Source: Candidatus Acidiferrales bacterium
GTDB taxonomy: Bacteria > Acidobacteriota > Terriglobia > Acidiferrales > UBA7541
Length of the DNA stretch: 64,000 nt
Assembly: GCA_049517055.1 (NCBI GenBank)
Contig: JBEKSN010000002.1
Coordinates: 433-64,432 of the forward strand
Reading direction: 5' to 3'
Part shown: positions 20,202 to 30,208 of the stretch, piece by piece
How positions within the stretch are numbered: the stretch's first letter is position 1
How the letters are laid out: the number at the start of each line of letters is the position of its first letter
Notes under the pieces: generated by a model
What the model was told of the DNA's origin: nothing
What the model saw: the letters and a program-made list of their open reading frames with translations, nothing else
Database searches by the model: none
Translations under genes and position numbers: made by a program

Positions 20202-21242
20202 TTAGCTGAAAAGTCCGGGCTGGCGGCGGGGCTCATCCATGCCGAAGTGTTTGTAAGCCAGGGCGGTCGCCACGCGCCCTCGCTGCGTGCGATCGAGCAA
20301 GCCCAGTTGCATCAGGTAAGGCTCGTAAATTTCCTCGATGGCGTCTTCTTCTTCGCTCAGCGAAGCCGCGATAGTATTCAGGCCCACCGGCCCGCCAGAA
20401 TATTTCTGAATGATCGTCAGCAACAAATTGCGATCTACTTCGTCCAGCCCGTGTTCGTCCACTCCCAGCATAGCGAGCGCGTCGCGAGCTACCGTGACAT
20501 TGATTTGGCCCTTCGCCCGAACTTCCGCAAAATCGCGAACGCGCCGCAACAGCCGGTTTGCAACGCGCGGCGTCCCGCGGCTTCGCCGCGCGATCTCGGC
20601 GGCTCCTTGCTCATCCATAGTGATGCCTAGAATTTTTGCCGAGCGCTGGACGATCTGCAGGACATCTTCCGGAGAATAAAATTCCAATCGGTGCACGATC
20701 CCGAATCGCGACCGCAGCGGAGCCATAATCAGCCCCGCACGCGTAGTTGCTCCGATCAAAGTGAACTGATTCAGTTGATAGGGATGCACTCGCGCGCCGG
20801 GACCCTGTCCAATGATCAAGTCCACGCGAAAATCTTCCATCGCCGGATACAAAATCTCCTCCAGCGAGGGCTGTAGCCGGTGAATCTCGTCGAGAAAAAA
20901 GAAATCGCGCGGGTCCAACGACGTAAGCACCGCCGTAACATCCCCTTTTTTCTCCAGGAGCGGTCCTGAAGTTATCTTTATGGCTGAGCCCATCTCATTC
21001 GCAAGAATCTGCGCTAGTGTGGTTTTTCCCAGCCCCGGCGGCCCGTAGAGCAGGACATGATCCAGCGCTTCGCCGCGATTTCGCGCCGCGTCCACCGCAA
21101 TCTTCAGGTTTTCCTTCACCCGCGACTGGCCGATAAAATCTTCCATGCGCTTCGGCCGCACGCTCGCGTCAATGCGCGCGTCTTCATCCAGGGCCTTCCC
21201 TGAAATAATCCGGCTCCGCCCGTCCGTGATCTTCTCTGCCAA
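20202..21242 (-). CDS. ruvB: Holliday junction branch migration helicase RuvB
   Basis: 346 aa. Walker A GPPGLGKTT, Walker B LDEIHRL and a RuvB C-terminal winged helix. Confidence 0.95.
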   Translation of the reverse strand: MAEKITDGRSRIISGKALDEDARIDASVRPKRMEDFIGQSRVKENLKIAVDAARNRGEALDHVLLYGPPGLGKTTLAQILANEMGSAIKITSGPLLEKKGDVTAVLTSLDPRDFFFLDEIHRLQPSLEEILYPAMEDFRVDLIIGQGPGARVHPYQLNQFTLIGATTRAGLIMAPLRSRFGIVHRLEFYSPEDVLQIVQRSAKILGITMDEQGAAEIARRSRGTPRVANRLLRRVRDFAEVRAKGQINVTVARDALAMLGVDEHGLDEVDRNLLLTIIQKYSGGPVGLNTIAASLSEEEDAIEEIYEPYLMQLGLLDRTQRGRVATALAYKHFGMDEPRRQPGLFS

Positions 21243-21296
21243 CTATCCCTCGTCTTTGCCGCTGATTCAGACTGCGCTCTTCCCAGAAAAAGTTAA

Positions 21297-21923
21297 TTAT
21301 TCATCGCGCCCGGCGCGAGCTGTTTTCTTCATAGACGCGCCGCCGAGAATTTGAAGCGCCGCGCGTAGCAGCTCCTCAAAATCCCCCGGTGCCTTCACGC
21401 CTGCCTTTTCTATCGCGCTGTCCACCGACCGCGTGTCGTAGCCGAGGTTCACCAGGGCAGAAGCAACATCCGATTCAAGTTGTGAACGCGTCGTGGGTTT
21501 CCCAGCTTGCGGCACATCCACAACTGCCAGTTTATCCCGTAGCTCCACCACCATTCGCTCGGCCGTTTTGCGCCCGACGCCCGGAATACGAACCAGTTGC
21601 GCCAGGTCTCCTTTACGAATCGCAGGAATCAGCTCTTCCAGGCTCATGCCCGAAAGAATTTTCAATGCGAGTGATGGTCCCACGCCCGAAGCGGAAATCA
21701 GCAGCTCGAAGCAATGTTTTTCCCGCGCGGTGAAAAAACCATATAGCGCGAGCTGATCCTCGCGCACGTGCGTGTAGATCAACAGTGTCGATTCGCTGTG
21801 CAGCGCCCCCAGGCTGGTAAACGTCGAAAGCGGAACCACCACCTGGTAGCCCACGCCGCCCACATCAATCAGTACCAGATTGGGCCGCTTCTCGATCAGC
21901 TTCCCGCGCAGTGATCCAATCAT
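21297..21923 (-). CDS. ruvA: Holliday junction DNA-binding protein RuvA
   Basis: 208 aa. MIGSLRGKL... N-terminus and HhH motifs (LVRIPGVGRKTAERM). Adjacent to ruvB. Confidence 0.95.
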   Translation of the reverse strand: MIGSLRGKLIEKRPNLVLIDVGGVGYQVVVPLSTFTSLGALHSESTLLIYTHVREDQLALYGFFTAREKHCFELLISASGVGPSLALKILSGMSLEELIPAIRKGDLAQLVRIPGVGRKTAERMVVELRDKLAVVDVPQAGKPTTRSQLESDVASALVNLGYDTRSVDSAIEKAGVKAPGDFEELLRAALQILGGASMKKTARAGRDE

Positions 21924-21974
21924 ATTCAGCGATTATTGATTAGCGCCGCTGGAGTGTCAACGCAACCCGAAGGA

Positions 21975-22526
21975 CTAGACGAGGAATTTCTTTAGCGGCT
22001 CTCCATAGTGATTGTTCCATCCCCATTCGAGGTGGTCGAACTCACCTTCCGGAAAACCGGTGTGATCCAGAACGAGCATGGTTTCGGGATCCCGCGGTTT
22101 CAGCTCGAACCTTACAATTGAGTACACTCCAGGATCCCAATGCGTGGGACGCCACGCCTGCACGATTCGCTGATTCGGAATCAGTTCGACGTTTCGTCCA
22201 ACGATCATTCCGCCGAACATGGAAAAGACACCGCCCTCTTTAGGATCGATCTCAGCCGGCATGCCGGAGAAAGCAGCGAACTGCTTTGAATCCAGGAGCG
22301 CCTCATAGATGCGCTGAGGGCTCGCTTTATAGTTGAACTCCAAATGCAGCGAAGTTCGCTTCGCGTTTGCCGCAGTGCTGGGCGTTTCCTTCATCGCCTG
22401 CTGCTGGGTTTTTCCCCAAAGGTGGCCACCCACCAGACTGCCAAATGCAACGGCAACACCGGCGATCATCTGCCGTCGTGTCGTCGCGTGCGATAGCGTG
22501 CTCAGACTTGTTCTCTCGCTCATCAT
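21975..22526 (-). CDS. SRPBCC (AHSA1-like) family protein with a Tat-like signal
   Basis: 183 aa. N-terminal TTRRQMIAGVAVAFG is twin-arginine-like. The C-terminal domain resembles Aha1/SRPBCC. Confidence 0.6.
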   Translation of the reverse strand: MMSERTSLSTLSHATTRRQMIAGVAVAFGSLVGGHLWGKTQQQAMKETPSTAANAKRTSLHLEFNYKASPQRIYEALLDSKQFAAFSGMPAEIDPKEGGVFSMFGGMIVGRNVELIPNQRIVQAWRPTHWDPGVYSIVRFELKPRDPETMLVLDHTGFPEGEFDHLEWGWNNHYGEPLKKFLV

Positions 22527-22651
22527 TCCCCTCCCGACTTTTATTCTCTACGCCGTGCATAACAACACGAACCTAAAATATGTTCAAGATCATATTTTCA
22601 TGGAAAGTAAAATGCTCTTCGAGCCATACTGCGCCGAAGTTCGGAGGACTT

Positions 22652-23302
22652 ATGCCCTACGCCGCTGGCCACCGTACCGAGATAAAAGGGAAAATCATTC
22701 AGAGCGCGCGCCGGCTCTTCAATCGCCACGGCTTTGATAATGTCTCCATCGCTCAGATCATGGCCGGGGCGGGCCTCACACACGGCGGCTTCTACAGCTA
22801 TTTCAAGAGCAAGAGCGAGCTGTACACGGAGGTATTGGGGTGCTTCTTCACCGATCCTAATTGGAAGAGCTGCTGGGAAGGCGTCGAAGTGGATCTGGCA
22901 TCCGCGGACGTGGGCCCGCAAATCGTTCGCGCCTATTTGTCGCGACAGCACTTCGAGGATGTGGAGAACTCATGTCCGATGGTCGCGTTGCCGACGGACG
23001 TCTCACGCAGTAGCGCACATGCAAAGCGCGCGTTCGAAACTGTGTTCGAGGCAATGGTCAGCGTCTTGGAACGTAGCTCGGTCGAGGACGGCCGGCCTCG
23101 CCGTGCCAGAGCCCAAGCAACTGCTGCTCTGTGCGTGGGAGGTATGGTCGTGGCCCGCGCCATACTGAACCGCGTTCACGCGGATGAACTTCGCCAGGCG
23201 TGTATGTCCGTCGCGCTCACGCTGGGAGGGTGGCACGACGACAGTAAGTTGAAAAGTGGCAAATCCAAGCGATCCCATCCGCTCCGCGCGGGAAAGGTCT
23301 AA
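22652..23302 (+). CDS. TetR/AcrR family transcriptional regulator
   Basis: The ATG at 22652 follows a GGAGG SD. HTH region: IIQSARRLFNRHGFDNVSIAQIMAGAGLTHGGFYSYF. Confidence 0.8.
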   Translation: MPYAAGHRTEIKGKIIQSARRLFNRHGFDNVSIAQIMAGAGLTHGGFYSYFKSKSELYTEVLGCFFTDPNWKSCWEGVEVDLASADVGPQIVRAYLSRQHFEDVENSCPMVALPTDVSRSSAHAKRAFETVFEAMVSVLERSSVEDGRPRRARAQATAALCVGGMVVARAILNRVHADELRQACMSVALTLGGWHDDSKLKSGKSKRSHPLRAGKV

Positions 23303-23681
23303 TTGCCGTAAACCTGGCCGTCACCCGCAACGCCTTGGTAGAAACCCGACTCGCAAGCCGCCTTTCCGGGAACAAAAAACTGCGACATTCCGTATCACAC
23401 AAAGCAAGCGATCCTCCATATTCTCGCGCACCATCCAAAGCTCAACGGTTAGATTTGGTGAGCTGCGCATTTCTTCGTGTGGAACAACCCACACTCTTAT
23501 CCTTATTGCTTGTTTCCCGCTCCGCTTGACACCCCGCGGGAAGCGCGCTCTCGTCTACTCCTTAATCTCAGTCTGAAACAGTTTTACATTACGAACTCGC
23601 ACCAATATTCATACAGTCGCTTTCTCGCAACAATTAGTAACCGAGACTGTTCGCTTTAGGGAAATGCACTGTTCGTTTTCG

Positions 23682-23700
23682 ATGCAGAAATATTCTGCAT
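23682..23700. promoter_or_regulatory. Perfect inverted repeat ATGCAGAA-ata-TTCTGCAT (candidate operator)
   Basis: 8-bp arms with a 3-bp spacer. Lies inside a ~520-bp AT-richer intergenic region, about 125 bp upstream of the 23824 CDS. Confidence 0.35.
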
Positions 23701-23823
23701 GCACGTGATGAAAATAATTTTCTGAATTTCTTGCTGTCCCTGCTTTCGACAGGATTACCGCCGCGTCTAAGTAGGTGCAAGGGGCGAGTGAGACTTTCAG
23801 TCAGATTTAAGGAGGAACTAAAA

Positions 23824-24192
23824 ATGTCGCGTCGCAAAATGAATGGAGTGTTAACAATCCTTGCAGCATTGACTCTCGCGCTATCGATCGCAGCTCACGC
23901 GGCTCCGGCGAAGGACGCTAAATCAACCGTCACTCCGATTGTGAAGACGGAATTGAGGCTGCTAAGCCCGGCCACCTTGGGCGGCACGGACCTGAAAGCT
24001 GGAGAATACTCGGTGACTGCTGACGACACACATGCGAGGTTCTTAAAGGGTGGGAAAGTCATAGCCGAAGCATCCATCCAGTGGAAGGATGAAAGCGCCA
24101 AGCGGCAAGACACCGCTGTCGTCGTCGATTCCAATCAGATCAAGGAGATACACTTCGCCGGCAAGATGAAGTACGTCGAAATCACCCGGTAA
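23824..24192 (+). CDS. Small secreted hypothetical protein
   Basis: The ATG follows an AAGGAGG SD. 122 aa with a clear signal peptide (MSRRKMNGVLTILAALTLALSIAAHA). I recognised no family. Confidence 0.6.
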   Translation: MSRRKMNGVLTILAALTLALSIAAHAAPAKDAKSTVTPIVKTELRLLSPATLGGTDLKAGEYSVTADDTHARFLKGGKVIAEASIQWKDESAKRQDTAVVVDSNQIKEIHFAGKMKYVEITR

Positions 24193-24208
24193 CGAATCCC
24201 AACTTGTG

Positions 24209-24250
24209 AAGCGGGCGGTGATCGCCACTCGATTGCTGCCCGCTTTTTTT
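24209..24250 (+). terminator. Intrinsic terminator (AAGCGGGC ... GCCCGCTT plus T7)
   Basis: 8-bp stem followed by TTTTTTT, just after the 24192 stop. Confidence 0.6.
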
Positions 24251-24318
24251 GCTGATTGGAGTTTTCGGGGAAGACTGCATGTCCGGGGACCTTTGCGATC
24301 GCAACAACAGTCGCGGTA

Positions 24319-25122
24319 TCACCGCCTCGAACGATCCTGCTTCACTGCTTCGTCCACCAGCGACTCCAGCTCCCGCCGCGTCAAATTGATGCGCTCGGTT
24401 TCGGCGGCTTCCGACGTCACCGGCGACACCGGGCCCAAATTCGAAGCAGTCTGTAGGCCGTAGCGCGCGCGCGCCGCGAACAATTTCTCAACGTCGCAAT
24501 CTGAGAGCAGTACTTGCTTGCCCAACATTTGCGTCACCAGCGCCACACGGGCAAAATGCTCGGTCGTCTCCATTCGGAAAAAAGCTTTCAGGAGATCCTG
24601 TCCGTAGGTGACCACGCCGTGATTCGCCAACAGGATTGCGTCGTAACCTTCCACCAGCGGCTCGATAGCGTCCACCAACTCTGATGTGCCCGGCGTCCCA
24701 TATCGCGCCACCGGCACGCATCCCAGCGAGAGCACCAATTCGCAGAGTAGCGCCTTGTTCAACGGTATTCCTGCGGCGGCATAGCCCGTTGCCACTGGCG
24801 GATGAGCGTGGCATACCGCATTTATCTCCGGACGTAGGCGGTAAATCAGAAGGTGCATTCCCAGCTCGGAGGAAGGATTCCGCCGCCCGCTCACTTTGTG
24901 GCCCTCAAGATCGGTGACTACTAGATCGTCCGCCGTCATCATGCCCTTGCAGATTCCCGTGGGCGAAGTGAGGATATGCTGAGGGTCCAGGCGCAGGGAG
25001 ATATTCCCATCAGTGGAAGCAACGTAGCTGCGATCGTGAATCCACCGGCCCACAGCGCAAATATCCCGGCGGTGCTCGTCTTCCGTCTTTAATGCCCCGG
25101 GCGAAATCGAATCAGGATACAT
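24319..25122 (-). CDS. Class II aldolase/adducin-family protein
   Basis: 267 aa. Metal-binding His motifs (VCHAHPPVAT, LLANHGVVTYG) and a ~50-aa C-terminal extension. Confidence 0.8.
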   Translation of the reverse strand: MYPDSISPGALKTEDEHRRDICAVGRWIHDRSYVASTDGNISLRLDPQHILTSPTGICKGMMTADDLVVTDLEGHKVSGRRNPSSELGMHLLIYRLRPEINAVCHAHPPVATGYAAAGIPLNKALLCELVLSLGCVPVARYGTPGTSELVDAIEPLVEGYDAILLANHGVVTYGQDLLKAFFRMETTEHFARVALVTQMLGKQVLLSDCDVEKLFAARARYGLQTASNLGPVSPVTSEAAETERINLTRRELESLVDEAVKQDRSRR

Positions 25123-25152
25123 AGTTTCCTCCCTGGCAAATCGGCAACGAAT

Positions 25153-26421
25153 CTAGGCGTAGATTCCGCGCAGCCTGAGCGCGCGAGCTACGCGATCGAT
25201 CGCCACAATGTACGCAGCGATCCGATTGTTCACTCCGTGTGTCTCCGCGTAGCGAATCACTTGCTCGAAGCTGAGGTCCATGACGTCTTGCAAACGTTCA
25301 TTCACCTCGCTTTCGCGCCAGAAAAAGCCCTGGCGGTCTTGCACCCATTCGAAATAGCTGACGGTCACGCCGCCCGCATTTCCAAGAATGTCCGGAACGA
25401 TAAAAATCCCTTTATTCTCGATAATGGAATCCGCGTGCGAAGTGGTGGGTCCGTTCGCGCCCTCGCAGAGAATTTTGCAATCCACGCGGCCGGCGTTTGC
25501 ACTGGTGATCTGGTTTTCAGTGGCGGCCGGCACCAGAATATCGCACGGGTGAAAGAGCACTTCCTGGGCGGTCATCTTGGCTCCGCCGCCGGGGAATTCC
25601 GGCAGAGGTTTGCGCTGGCCGTACACCCAGTCCACCACTTTGGGAACATCGAAACCTTTTTCGTTGTAGAGCCCTCCGTGAATATCCGCTATACCGATGA
25701 TTTTGTAGCCTGCTTCGTGCATCAGTATCGCGGCTTGCGAACCGACGTTGCCGAAGCCCTGAATGATCACGCGGCAGCCCTCGCGCTTCATCTTGAGTTT
25801 CGTCAGCGCATTATTGCAGCAGATCATCAGGCCACGCCCGGTGGCTTCTTTGCGCCCTTGCGAGCCGCCCAGCTCGAGCGGTTTGCCGGTGACTACCGCC
25901 GTGGTCGCCTGCCGCACGTGCATGGCGTAAGTGTCCATCACCCATGCCATGGTCTGTTCATTGGTGCCGATGTCCGGCGCCGGAACGTCGCGCTCGGGGC
26001 CAAACCATTCGCTCAATTCTGCCGTGTAACGCCGCGTGATACGCTCAAGTTCGGTTTTCGAAAGCTTGCTGGGGTCGCAAATGACTCCGCCCTTTGCGCC
26101 GCCGAACGGAATATTCACCACCGCGCATTTCCACGTCATCCATGCCGCCAGCGCGCGCACTTCATCAATCGAAACGTCCGGCGCGAAACGGATGCCGCCC
26201 TTCCCCGGGCCACGAATCGTCGAGTGCAGGACACGATAGCCGATGAAGACTTCGAGCCGCCCGGTGTCCAGCGGCACCGGGATATACACTGTGATTTCTT
26301 TGCTGGGATGCTTCAGGTAACGGTAAAGGCCATCTTCCAAGCCTAATTTCTTCGCGGCGATTTCAAAGCGCGCTTCGGCCGATTTATAAACGTTCAGTTC
26401 ATCCTGCGTAACCGCAGCCAT
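25153..26421 (-). CDS. gdhA: Glu/Leu/Phe/Val dehydrogenase (glutamate dehydrogenase)
   Basis: Motifs GPGKGGIRF and IPFGGAKGG plus a Rossmann GFGNVG. The ATG at 26421 follows a GGAGG SD. The ORF-track start at 26433 is a TTG four codons upstream. Confidence 0.9.
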   Translation of the reverse strand: MAAVTQDELNVYKSAEARFEIAAKKLGLEDGLYRYLKHPSKEITVYIPVPLDTGRLEVFIGYRVLHSTIRGPGKGGIRFAPDVSIDEVRALAAWMTWKCAVVNIPFGGAKGGVICDPSKLSKTELERITRRYTAELSEWFGPERDVPAPDIGTNEQTMAWVMDTYAMHVRQATTAVVTGKPLELGGSQGRKEATGRGLMICCNNALTKLKMKREGCRVIIQGFGNVGSQAAILMHEAGYKIIGIADIHGGLYNEKGFDVPKVVDWVYGQRKPLPEFPGGGAKMTAQEVLFHPCDILVPAATENQITSANAGRVDCKILCEGANGPTTSHADSIIENKGIFIVPDILGNAGGVTVSYFEWVQDRQGFFWRESEVNERLQDVMDLSFEQVIRYAETHGVNNRIAAYIVAIDRVARALRLRGIYA

Positions 26422-26600
26422 CACAACCTCCAAAATTGCTCAAAGTCTATGAAGTCTTATTAAAGCCCTCGGCTAGCCCTAGCAACAGGCCGCTCTACAC
26501 CACTAGGCCTTCGGTACAGCGGCGGTCAGTATACGAACACCGGCAAACCGGCGCAAGAAAAGCATTTTAAATTCGGGTTCCGCGCCCGATAGTGAGCCGC

Positions 26601-27623
26601 TCAACGGGCCGGGCGGCGTTTTACGAACTCGTCCAACAGAAGCCGGGTCAGCCGCTTCTGGTCGTGGCGAACAACTCCGCGATGATGTAAGAGGTCCCCT
26701 GTAACGTAGCTCAGTCTCATGCGGTCTAGTTCATCAAACGATGGATTCACCGGCTCGGCGTCCTGGGCCCGATAGCGACGCAGCACACGCGCAGGAACGC
26801 GCGAGCGGTTGATCACCACAAAATCGAAAAGATCCTTATGCGTATGGCCGTAGATCGCGCGGATGTGATCGGCCACCGAGTAATGCTGCGTTTCGCCCGG
26901 CTGGGTCATCAGGTTGGCGATGTATACGCACGTCGCGCGCGAGCGTTTGATCGCTTGCACCACTTTCTCGATCAAAAGATTCGGAATAATGCTGGTGTAG
27001 AGCGAGCCCGGTCCCACTAGAATCAAATCGGCAGAGTGGATTGCTTCCAGAACTTCCGGAAGGGCGCGCACACGGCGCGGCACCAACCGGATCTTGCGAA
27101 TCGGTTTTCGCGAGCGCGAAATATTTGTCTCTCCGTGCACCACGGTTCCATCCACCAGCTCCGCTTCGAGCGTCACGTTCTGCGCCGTAGAGGGAAAAAT
27201 CCGCCCCCGAATAGCGAGTACTTGCGACGACACGCGCACCGCTTCCGGAAAATCTCCTGTAACATTCGTCAGCGCGGTGAGAAAAAGATTTCCGAAGCTA
27301 TGGCCGCCAAGACCGCGCCCCGCGGGAAAGCGGTACTGAAAAAGCTTTCCAAGCAGGTGCTCGTCTGTCGACAGGGCTACCATGCAGTTGCGGATATCGC
27401 CCGGAGGCAGGACGCGGTACTCGCGGCGCAACCGTCCGGAGCTGCCGCCGTCGTCGGTGACGGTGACTACCGCCGCGAGATCCGCGATGGGCTGGCGTTC
27501 TTTTTCTTTTTTTGACGAGGCGACATATTCTTTCAGTCCGCGGAGAACGGTCGAGAGGCCCGTGCCGCCGCCGAGAGCGACAACGCGAACGGGCCGGGAA
27601 CGCTGCTGCGAAGAATTTTTCAC
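26601..27623 (-). CDS. yvcK: YvcK/CofD-like gluconeogenesis factor family protein
   Basis: 340 aa. N-terminal VVALGGGTGLSTVLRGLK and the motif GPGSLYTSI. Confidence 0.85.
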   Translation of the reverse strand: MKNSSQQRSRPVRVVALGGGTGLSTVLRGLKEYVASSKKEKERQPIADLAAVVTVTDDGGSSGRLRREYRVLPPGDIRNCMVALSTDEHLLGKLFQYRFPAGRGLGGHSFGNLFLTALTNVTGDFPEAVRVSSQVLAIRGRIFPSTAQNVTLEAELVDGTVVHGETNISRSRKPIRKIRLVPRRVRALPEVLEAIHSADLILVGPGSLYTSIIPNLLIEKVVQAIKRSRATCVYIANLMTQPGETQHYSVADHIRAIYGHTHKDLFDFVVINRSRVPARVLRRYRAQDAEPVNPSFDELDRMRLSYVTGDLLHHRGVVRHDQKRLTRLLLDEFVKRRPAR

Positions 27624-27638
27624 GAGAATCGCGGAGAG

Positions 27639-28361
27639 TTAGTTTGCCGAGCCGTCTCGCTCCGGATAGAGCAACTCGGTGAAGCGCGGGTCTTCCTGCA
27701 GAAAAGAAAAATCCTCGTCGTTGCGTGCATGGTAACGATTCTCGGGGCGCAATTGAATTGCGACTTTCAAATTTTGCATGGCGGATTCTGCTTCGCCGGT
27801 CAGGCAATCGAGCGCGGCCATGGCGTATACGATGTGGTCAGCTTTCGGAGCGGCTTTGCGCGCGCGGTCGAGATGCTCGCGAGCTTCGTCCCAGCGGCCA
27901 AGATTCATCAGCGCGATGCCTTGCGTGTAATGCTCTTCCGCGGATTTCACCGCCGGAACCGGAGGTCGCGTGATGCGCTGTTCGCAAATGCGCAGATGAA
28001 CATGCGCCCGGTCACCGAGCTCTTTGCTGGGACCTTCCAGAACGCGTTCGAGCGACTGTTTGGCGCGGAGAAACTTTTGCTGCTGAAAAAACTTGAGAGC
28101 CTCCTCGTAAAACTTCATTTGCGCTTGCTTGGCGGGCGCGTCGGGGTCAGGAGGCAGAACATTCTTCTTTGAGGAGGCTCTTAACGTCTTCTTTTTCAAT
28201 AGCTTGTGGCTATTCCGTGCCGCTGCTGAGGTGCGGATCGTGCGACGCTTCACTGGCAGCCTCCAAAAAACTTCATGCGCGAACATAGCAAAGTCGCAGA
28301 GGCGCGTCAATGTGTTGAAATTGTTCCGGCTTAGAGCGGGCGCTGGCCCGGATTGCGTCAA
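27639..28361 (-). CDS. Tetratricopeptide repeat protein
   Basis: The C-terminal ~150 aa show TPR-like repeats (YTQGIALMNLGRWDEAREHLDRA...). The start is uncertain. Confidence 0.6.
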   Translation of the reverse strand: MTQSGPAPALSRNNFNTLTRLCDFAMFAHEVFWRLPVKRRTIRTSAAARNSHKLLKKKTLRASSKKNVLPPDPDAPAKQAQMKFYEEALKFFQQQKFLRAKQSLERVLEGPSKELGDRAHVHLRICEQRITRPPVPAVKSAEEHYTQGIALMNLGRWDEAREHLDRARKAAPKADHIVYAMAALDCLTGEAESAMQNLKVAIQLRPENRYHARNDEDFSFLQEDPRFTELLYPERDGSAN

Positions 28362-28500
28362 CGTCGGAGCGACAGAGGTGCGATGTAGGATAGCTGAGAT
28401 GCAATTCTGGCTCAGATAGAAATATTCCTGCCGTTTGTTTTGAGTAAGTTACAGCCATTCTTGAATAAACGGCAAACCAGTTCGAAACGCCGGATCGACG

Positions 28501-28992
28501 CTACCGGTCCTTGCTGGTAGTGATGCCAGACCCCAGCAATTCATGCATGGCCAGCATTTCTCCCTCTTGGTAGGGGCGGCGGGGCCAGAAGAAGCCGCGA
28601 AGGCCGTCGCTGCGCTTGCGGGGGACGATGTGGACGTGAAGATGCGGGACGCTTTGGCTGACAACGTTGTTCATGGCGACGAAGGTGCCTTCCGCTTTCA
28701 TTACCTGCTGCACTTTGCGGGCAAGCATTTGAGCGTTGGAGAAAAACGGGCCGATCAGTTCGGCGGGGAGATCCGTCAAGGTGGGGTAATGCGCTTTCGG
28801 GATCAGCAAGATGTGGCCGGGGAAAAGTGGGCGAACGTCGAGGAAGGCCATGGAGATTTCGTCTTCGAAAATAATTTTGGCTTCGAGTTCGCGCGAAACG
28901 ATTTTGCAGAAGAGGCAGGGTTCGTCTTTAGCTGCGTCCAGCTTGGCTGTATCTGGTTTGGCTGATTCTTTGCGGGGGCGCGATTTTTTCAT
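28501..28992 (-). CDS. HIT-family hydrolase
   Basis: 163 aa with the histidine triad HLHVHIVP and a Lys-rich N-terminal tail. Confidence 0.85.
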   Translation of the reverse strand: MKKSRPRKESAKPDTAKLDAAKDEPCLFCKIVSRELEAKIIFEDEISMAFLDVRPLFPGHILLIPKAHYPTLTDLPAELIGPFFSNAQMLARKVQQVMKAEGTFVAMNNVVSQSVPHLHVHIVPRKRSDGLRGFFWPRRPYQEGEMLAMHELLGSGITTSKDR

Positions 28993-29111
28993 CCTGTAAG
29001 ATTAATACTTGGCGGGCTCCCGCGCTGAGAACTTTGTATGCGGCCCAGCGCTCACTTATTGCGTTGCTTCACGGCCGCGTTCGGAACAAGAGCGAAGGTA
29101 ATTGAATGGAA

Positions 29112-30146
29112 CTAGGAGCGGGCCGGCTGCTGTTGCGTTAGGCAGTGGATGGTGCCGAATCCCCAGACTAAATCGACGGAATGGATTCCGACTACGGAGC
29201 GCGTAGGGAATAAATCGCTGAGGATGCCGAGAGCTACGCGGTCGTTGGGATCGTTAAATGTGGGCACTAACACCGCGGAATTCGAGATGTAGAAATTTGC
29301 GTAACTGGCGGGGAGGCGCACGCCATCGAAAAAGAGAGGAGACGGCATCGGAAGCGCGATGGCGTGTATTTTGCTTCCGTCTTCCAGCTTTGCGCCGCGC
29401 AGGCGTTCCCAATTTTCTTCGAGCGCCCGGTAATTCTTCTCGCGCGAATTCTTTTCACGGCAAAGCACGACGGTGCGTCGATTCACGAAGCGGCATAAAT
29501 CATCGACGTGGCCGTGCGTGTCGTCGCCGGCGATTCCCTTTCCGAGCCATATAATATTTTTTGCGCCGAGCGATGCTCGCAGAACGGATTCGATCTGGCT
29601 ACGAGTAAACCCGGGATTGCGGACCTGGCGCTTTTGATCGAGAAGACACTCTTCGGTGGTGAGCAGCGTGCCGGAACCGTTCACGTCGATGCTTCCGCCT
29701 TCGAGAACTACGTCGCGCCCGTCTAGCTGGACCGGAAAGATTTTCATTTTCAACCGGCGCGCCGCTTGTGCTGGAATTGCATCGTCTTTTTTCCAGTCCG
29801 GGTAGTGCGCCCAGGCGTTGAAGCGGAACCGGGCGATGGCAACCTCCGGGCGGGGCTTGGCGCGTTTGACAAAGATGGGGCCGAAGTCGCGCGTCCATCC
29901 TCTATTCGTGGGGAAGCGCAGAAACTGTACTCTGCTCAAGCTGACGCCTGCGCTTTTCAAAACTCTGCGCGCTTGCGCTTCATGCGCTGCTGAATTCACC
30001 AGGATGCGAACGAGTTCGCCGGGAACAATTTTGCGGACGATCTCGCCGTAAACCCAGTGGATCGGAGCGATCTTTCCGGGCCAATCAGTTTCATTGTGAG
30101 GCCAGCCGATCCAGGTGGCTTCGTGAGGCGCCCATTCGGCGGGCAT
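29112..30146 (-). CDS. aguA: Agmatine deiminase
   Basis: The protein starting MPAEWAPHEATWIGWPH and ending ...GTIHCLTQQ (catalytic Cys) matches the agmatine deiminase family. The upstream part of ORF 29112..30386 overlaps aguB and is Arg/Pro-rich noise. Confidence 0.85.
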   Translation of the reverse strand: MPAEWAPHEATWIGWPHNETDWPGKIAPIHWVYGEIVRKIVPGELVRILVNSAAHEAQARRVLKSAGVSLSRVQFLRFPTNRGWTRDFGPIFVKRAKPRPEVAIARFRFNAWAHYPDWKKDDAIPAQAARRLKMKIFPVQLDGRDVVLEGGSIDVNGSGTLLTTEECLLDQKRQVRNPGFTRSQIESVLRASLGAKNIIWLGKGIAGDDTHGHVDDLCRFVNRRTVVLCREKNSREKNYRALEENWERLRGAKLEDGSKIHAIALPMPSPLFFDGVRLPASYANFYISNSAVLVPTFNDPNDRVALGILSDLFPTRSVVGIHSVDLVWGFGTIHCLTQQQPARS

Positions 30147-30208
30147 CCGAAAGCCGAGAGACGCCGGGGTGTTTTCTTCGGCGGAGCGGACGATGCGGCG
30201 GGGAGGCT

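Noticed and set aside
25237-26346. 369-aa ORF antisense to gdhA
   Set aside because: The gdhA frame has the GGAKGG and Rossmann motifs. The antisense ORF is a GC-skew artefact.
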